Assembly: GCA_028711065.1 (NCBI GenBank)
Contig: JAQTSY010000007.1
Span: forward strand, 1-50,872
Direction of reading: 5' to 3'
Length of the DNA stretch: 50,872 nucleotides
Source: Minisyncoccota bacterium
GTDB lineage: Bacteria > Patescibacteriota > Minisyncoccia > Phycocordibacterales > JAQTLZ01
The position numbers and the translations under genes are program-made. The notes beneath the pieces are model-generated. The model made no database searches. It worked only from the letters and a program-made list of their open reading frames with translations, and was not told the DNA's origin. Shown here piece by piece: positions 46,501-50,872 of the stretch. Position 1 is the first letter of the stretch. Each line of letters starts with the position of its first letter.

Positions 46501-49500
46501 GACGAAGCCGCACAAGGTACGGGAGGTGGGAACGTGGTTCTCGGAAATCACGCTGGTTTCTGTGGAGTGCACGGGTACGGGAATTCGATTCTCGGTTTTT
46601 GTGCGGGCTACTGCGGAGTCTGTGGTGATGGAAATTTGATACAGGGTATCGGTGCCGCTTCTGGCGGAGTAACTCATGGAGCGTACAATATTATTACCGG
46701 AGCGAGCGCAGGCTATTGTGGGATTTCCGCTTCTTACAATATTATTACTGGAAATTACGCCGGCTACTACGGAGTTTGCGGAGAGAAAAATGCCGTCATC
46801 GGGTATCAAGCCGGTTACTGCGGAGTACACGGTCAGTGGAATGTTATTCTCGGAACTTGTGCATGGCAAGACGATCGCTCTGCCCGAACCGGTATTGCAA
46901 ACTCTGTCATCGGATACCAAGCCGGTTACTGTGGAGTCTGCGGAAGCGACAACTCTCTTCTTGGTTCTCAAACAGGCAACTATGGCATTTCAGGATCAAG
47001 TAATAACATTATTGGACACGGTGCCGGCTACTGCGGAATCTGCGGAGATAACAACACTGTCATTGGTTCGGGAGCAGGCAGTGGACTTGCACTCGGGGCG
47101 AATGACAACTTCATTGGCGGAACAAACGCCGGAGGGAATTGGCAAACTGGAAAAGTTGGTTCAGCGAATACTATCTTAGGATATCAGGCGGGCTACTGCG
47201 GAACATCTGCTAGCAACAATGTTATTCTTGGAAGTTACGCTTGGGGGAATGATATACTTGGACGAAACGGCGGAGAGAACTCTGTCATTGGATATTGCGC
47301 GGGCTACTGCGGAATCTGCGGTCATAATAATTCGCTCATCGGAACCAACTCCGGCTACTGCGGAGTCAAAGGATACAACAACTTCATCGCCGGTTTATGC
47401 GCTGGCTTCTGCCAATTGTGGGGGAATGATAATACAATCATCGGCCGAGATGCGTGGGCGAATGATACACTTGGAAGTGGCGGATCTGGCAACTCTGTTA
47501 TCGGTATGTGCGCCGGCTACTGCGGAGTTTGTGGAAACGACAACCTTATTTTTGGTTCAGCTGCAGGCAATAACGGTGTTATCGGAAGCAGCAATACGAT
47601 CATGGGAAATAGTTCCGGTCAGAATGGAGTCTCTGGAAATGACAACATGATTTTTGGAAGTGGCGCTGGACACTCTGGTTTGAGCGGAAGCCAGAACGTC
47701 CTTTTGGGGTACGGAGTCGCTTTTGATGGAAATGTAAGCGGAGGTCATAACGCCGTTATTGGTTATCAAGCCGGCTACTGCGGAGTCTGCGGTGGCAGCA
47801 ACATGATCCTCGGACAGCAAGCAGCGCAAAATGGCATTTGGGGAGGATACAACTTCATCGGCGGTTCGAACGCGTGGGGAAATGATCTCTCTCAAAGTGC
47901 TTTTGGAACAAACAACGTGGTCCTCGGAAATTCTGCCGGCTATTGCGGAATTCACGGAGACTACAACGCGATCATTGGAACAAGCGCGGGTTCGTGCGGA
48001 GTCTTTGCATCTGATAACTTCATTGCGGGCGAGGGAGCATGGGCAAATGACACAACGAGTTCTGCGCATGGTGGATACAATGCAGTTCTCGGCTATCGGG
48101 CCGGCTATAACGGAGTCTCCGGGTATAACAACGCTCTTCTTGGTGCCTGTGCTGGATATTACCCGCTTACCGGTTCATGCAATACAGTGCTCGGCTTTTC
48201 GGCAGGTTACTGCGGAGTTCACGGTTCCTGCAACTTCATTGGCGGAGTGAGAGCTTGGGGAGGAGACGTAGATGGACGAAATGGTTCCAACAACGCCGTC
48301 ATCGGTTATAACGCCGGGAACAGGGGAATTTCTGGAGCAAATAATGTTATTTTGGGCTTTACCGCTGGCTACTGTGGACTCAATTCGAGCTCGAATAATA
48401 ACTTTATTGCTGGCACAGATGCATGGGCAAACGATACTCTTCAATCAGCAAGCGGAGCTGATAATATTGTGCTCGGCTCTCGCGCCGGATACAACGGTAT
48501 CCACGGGAACAGTAACTTTATCGGAGGTTGCGCGGCATGGGCAAATTCCAGCGATGTACTTTCTACCGGTTCTGACAATCTCGTGCTCGGTTCTTGCGCT
48601 GGGTACGGCGGTGTCTATGGTTCTGGCAATGCGATTCTCGGCTACGGCGCTGGAGATAATTGGGGAGTAGGACGAAGCGGTACTTGCAACATCATTATCG
48701 GAGGATACGCGGGGCAAAATGGCATCAATGGAGATTTTAATACTATCATTGGTAATAATGCAGGAAGCCAAGATGTGAACGGCGCTAACAATACCATCAT
48801 CGGTCAATCTGCCGGTACCAATAATAACGGGGGCGATAACTTTATCGGAGGCACCTATGCAGGACAAAATAATAACGGCGCGGGCAATATTATCTTTGGC
48901 TACTGTGCCGGCAGGAGTAATTCTGGCAACAGCAATGAGATGTTCGGAGCGCAAGCCGGACTTAATAATGATGGCAGTGATAACTTCATCGGGGGTTCTT
49001 TTGCTGGTCATGGCAATAACGGCGATCGAAATACTTTGCTGGGTTATTGCGCTGGGTACACTATTGCAAGCGGGGCAGATGACAACACAGTTATCGGTTC
49101 ATGCGCTTGGGCGGGTGATTCCGGGTTTCTCAATGCGGGAGTCAATAACTTAGTGCTCGGTTCTCGTGCTGGTTTTTGTGGAATTTGGGGCGCATGCAAC
49201 ACTGTCCTTGGTTATGGCGCTGGCTACAATGGCGTCTGCGGAACAAATAGTTTTATTGCTGGTACTTGTGCGTGGGGCGGAGCAGCTGGGACTTGCACCG
49301 ACGGAATGAATAATATTGTCATTGGAACCTGCGCTGGTTTCTGTGGAATGGGTGAAAATAATAACATCGCTATCGGTACCTGTGCAGGAAAAAATTCTAT
49401 CTGCGGTTCCTGCAACATTTTCCTTGGGTTTTGTGCTGGCATAGCAAATATTTACGGCTCTTCAAATACGATAATCGGAGCGAATGCGAATGCCGCAACA

Positions 49501-50872
49501 GATAATCTTGTTCGAGCGACTGCGCTCGGCGCCGATGCGATCGTGGGAGAAAATAATTCTGTTGTTATCGGCAGACTCGGCGATCATGTCGGTATCGGCA
49601 CAACTACTCCTGCCTATGCTCTCGAAGTTGCTGGGGATATTAAGATTTCTGATGATGGTTCTGGCAATCACTCGCTTATTTTCAATGATGGTTCCGCAGT
49701 TTCAAGCGCCATCGGTATTTCCGAAGGAGGTTTCGGTATTTGCTCTGATGGTGATTTGAATTTTATTGCTGGTGAAGGCGGAGTTATTAATTTTGAAACA
49801 GTGAATGGTGGTGCAACAACGACAAAACTTTTTGTAAATAATGCGGGGAATGTCGGCATCGGGGTTGGTTCGCCATCTCAAAAGCTTGATGTACTCGGCA
49901 GTATCAATATTAACGGCGGTTCTCACTTCCTTACTGACGGTGCGAACGCTCTTTCGATTCAAAATACCGACAATGTTCTCATTGGTCCGAATGCGGGCAA
50001 CTATTCCATTACGGGCGCGCGAAATGAAATTATCGGTGCTTGCGCAGCCATGGATCTTACTACGGGTACAGGAAACTTCATCGGCGGATATCAGGCGGCT
50101 CAATACAGTACAGACTCATCCAAAGAAATCGTACTCGGATATCAAGCGGGCTACTGCGGACTCTCTGGCGCTGACAACATAGCTATCGGTTCATGTGCTG
50201 GTTACGGCGGGGTCGTGGGAGGCCAGAACTCTCTCATTGGATATCGCGCTGGTTACTCTGGAATCGCAAGTGGTGCCTGCAATAACTTTATCGCTGGCAC
50301 GTACGCTTGGGGAAATAATTCCAGCGCAAATGGCGCAAACAACGTCGTTCTCGGTATTTGCGCTGGCTACGGCGGAGTATATGGAAATGCAAACTCGATC
50401 ATCGGTCAAGACGCTGGAGCAGCATGGCAAGGGGGGCGAACCGGAAGTTGTAACGTGATTCTCGGTTCTTGTTCTGGCTTCTGCGGAATTTCTGGTACCT
50501 TCAATTCTATTATTGGATATCAGGCTGGCGCTTGCGGGGTCGCAGGAAACGGTAACTTCATCGGCGGTGCTGGCGCGTGGGGAGGAGATGAAAGTAATTC
50601 AATGTATGGGGGAGATAATGTCGTCTTAGGAACAAATGCCGGCTTCTGCGGAGTCTGCGGTTCCTCAAACATTATCACTGGTACTTGCGCTGGGCATCAA
50701 GGAGTCTGCGGCGATTACAATATTATCAGTGGTACCTGTGCCGCTTATTTCGGTTCCTGTGGTTCGTACAATATTATCACCGGAGCTTCCGCTGGCTACA
50801 GCGGGGTATGCGGTAATGCCAACATTATTTCCGGCTATCAGGCTGGTGCTGCGGGAGTGGAAGGTAATGAAA
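43507..50872 (+). CDS. Giant Gly/Asn/Cys-rich beta-roll repeat (YadA-head / tail-fibre-like) surface protein, 3'-partial, >=2455 aa
   Basis: Frame 1 translated by hand from ATG 43507 to window end with no stop; INYQAKL..FSLY..GG..W.E..EMSPR N-terminal domain; >100 N-x-[IV]-[IL]-G-x-x-A-G repeats; VGIGTTTP and NVGIG motifs; TATAAT at 43493-43498. Confidence 0.93.
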   Translation, partial: MKSRTFSKAGSLFLAFALLAKALLDRIPFFGEKATPLAKKADFPFGLDIKNLPIQQYTNTSTFSVRAFPESSLPPSTLPPFTAKLSALIGNTFENILSFTATPVYATANFNKEINYQAKLLDASSTPVVDGNYNVRFSLYTAPTGGEPIWTESWCQSPDGGTTCDGTGDDNRVSVSGGLFTTRLGSIASIESVDFNQVLYLGVTIGGSDTIPTWDVEMSPRKKLTASVASLVGGGSEPGGACGSFQFNNNGDLAGVGNYGVCTHSAAIGFCAGNGGITGFDNMVFGSNAAGNEGTFSGWNNAILGSCAAYYGFTGSCNTILGASAGFCGVAGSCNFIAGVRAWGGDTNGTTGYNNSVIGYQAGYSGVCGNNNFIGGTSAGAGWVSGKIGKNSVAIGTEAGYCGFGGGGSMGDSFYSGDNNVAIGYQAGYYGVFGINNSILGAGAGYCGICGKGNTIIGRYAWGGDETGQGGGEGNVVIGNKAGFCGIDGFHNIVEGFQAGYCGLCGNGNVILGNKAWSDGASAGGRGNLVFGNHAGTVGVCGDYNTIIGHCAAYSGITGGNNFIAGTSAGYSGVSGQNNFVGGACAAYYGLSGQDNFIGGTCVAFCGLGGSNNIINGTQAWAGASNTVDGSLPNKNTISYQSGTGYSVNTVYSLADGNGDAKILVTSIGFTGGINDFIVLNGGSGYSADDYHTVIGGDNNASLSFTPVSASAPGGSNIVLGTLAGYCGLTGDSNTILGRQAAFCGICGSNNFIGGTSAGGNWGSGRDGSFNTLIGYQAGLCGLTNSGCEGTAIGNTILGYQAVGDGESDIQGSYNTVLGRQAGYCGVGGWNNFIGGSYAWGGDTSSHVGSDNVSLGTYSGYFGVGGSQNILLGYQAGYNSVDGSWNSVIGASAGFCGVCGDNNSIMGTCAGGDWQVGRRGSNNVIMGTNAGLYGFGGGAVQGENDYSLNSGDQNVAIGACAGYFGISGINNFVGGAGAGYCGVCGNGNTILGRFAWGGDEAAQGTGGGNVVLGNHAGFCGVHGYGNSILGFCAGYCGVCGDGNLIQGIGAASGGVTHGAYNIITGASAGYCGISASYNIITGNYAGYYGVCGEKNAVIGYQAGYCGVHGQWNVILGTCAWQDDRSARTGIANSVIGYQAGYCGVCGSDNSLLGSQTGNYGISGSSNNIIGHGAGYCGICGDNNTVIGSGAGSGLALGANDNFIGGTNAGGNWQTGKVGSANTILGYQAGYCGTSASNNVILGSYAWGNDILGRNGGENSVIGYCAGYCGICGHNNSLIGTNSGYCGVKGYNNFIAGLCAGFCQLWGNDNTIIGRDAWANDTLGSGGSGNSVIGMCAGYCGVCGNDNLIFGSAAGNNGVIGSSNTIMGNSSGQNGVSGNDNMIFGSGAGHSGLSGSQNVLLGYGVAFDGNVSGGHNAVIGYQAGYCGVCGGSNMILGQQAAQNGIWGGYNFIGGSNAWGNDLSQSAFGTNNVVLGNSAGYCGIHGDYNAIIGTSAGSCGVFASDNFIAGEGAWANDTTSSAHGGYNAVLGYRAGYNGVSGYNNALLGACAGYYPLTGSCNTVLGFSAGYCGVHGSCNFIGGVRAWGGDVDGRNGSNNAVIGYNAGNRGISGANNVILGFTAGYCGLNSSSNNNFIAGTDAWANDTLQSASGADNIVLGSRAGYNGIHGNSNFIGGCAAWANSSDVLSTGSDNLVLGSCAGYGGVYGSGNAILGYGAGDNWGVGRSGTCNIIIGGYAGQNGINGDFNTIIGNNAGSQDVNGANNTIIGQSAGTNNNGGDNFIGGTYAGQNNNGAGNIIFGYCAGRSNSGNSNEMFGAQAGLNNDGSDNFIGGSFAGHGNNGDRNTLLGYCAGYTIASGADDNTVIGSCAWAGDSGFLNAGVNNLVLGSRAGFCGIWGACNTVLGYGAGYNGVCGTNSFIAGTCAWGGAAGTCTDGMNNIVIGTCAGFCGMGENNNIAIGTCAGKNSICGSCNIFLGFCAGIANIYGSSNTIIGANANAATDNLVRATALGADAIVGENNSVVIGRLGDHVGIGTTTPAYALEVAGDIKISDDGSGNHSLIFNDGSAVSSAIGISEGGFGICSDGDLNFIAGEGGVINFETVNGGATTTKLFVNNAGNVGIGVGSPSQKLDVLGSININGGSHFLTDGANALSIQNTDNVLIGPNAGNYSITGARNEIIGACAAMDLTTGTGNFIGGYQAAQYSTDSSKEIVLGYQAGYCGLSGADNIAIGSCAGYGGVVGGQNSLIGYRAGYSGIASGACNNFIAGTYAWGNNSSANGANNVVLGICAGYGGVYGNANSIIGQDAGAAWQGGRTGSCNVILGSCSGFCGISGTFNSIIGYQAGACGVAGNGNFIGGAGAWGGDESNSMYGGDNVVLGTNAGFCGVCGSSNIITGTCAGHQGVCGDYNIISGTCAAYFGSCGSYNIITGASAGYSGVCGNANIISGYQAGAAGVEGNE

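Noticed and set aside
43732-50458. About 30 short ORFs in the track
   Set aside because: Off-frame or antisense shadows of the single frame-1 giant ORF.
1-50872. CRISPR array, DGR, transposase, or TGA recoding
   Set aside because: No repeat-spacer array, reverse transcriptase or transposase motif seen; TGA ends murB and other genes at their expected C-termini.

Overview
Bacterial chromosomal window, inferred to be Patescibacteria/CPR (Parcubacteria-like) from the divergent 16S 3' end, the solitary VirD4-like ATPase, lamin-tail and PG-binding surface proteins; standard genetic code (TGA = stop). Contents: 3' end of a 16S rRNA gene not followed by 23S and lacking the anti-Shine-Dalgarno tail; two minus-strand tRNAs (Ile-GAT; an atypical Leu-CAG hidden under spurious ORFs); murD-murC-rsmI; VirD4-like ATPase plus lamin-tail protein plus GtrA; a ~14.7 kb minus-strand surface-glycan cluster (gmd x2, fcl, wzm/wzt, aminotransferase, seven glycosyltransferase-like genes, an HprK-like kinase, an embedded HTH gene) divergent from an O-antigen-ligase/TPR gene; a structured 430-bp intergenic region that may encode a pair of complementary small RNAs; murB, secA, a thioredoxin/DsbB pair, a P1B ATPase, MYG1, obgE, gatB; and a >=2455-codon Gly/Asn/Cys-rich repeat protein that runs off the window end and is absent from the ORF track. 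Across the window, most transcription-unit heads look leaderless, while a few orphan genes carry strong SD motifs with similar promoter and leader architecture.
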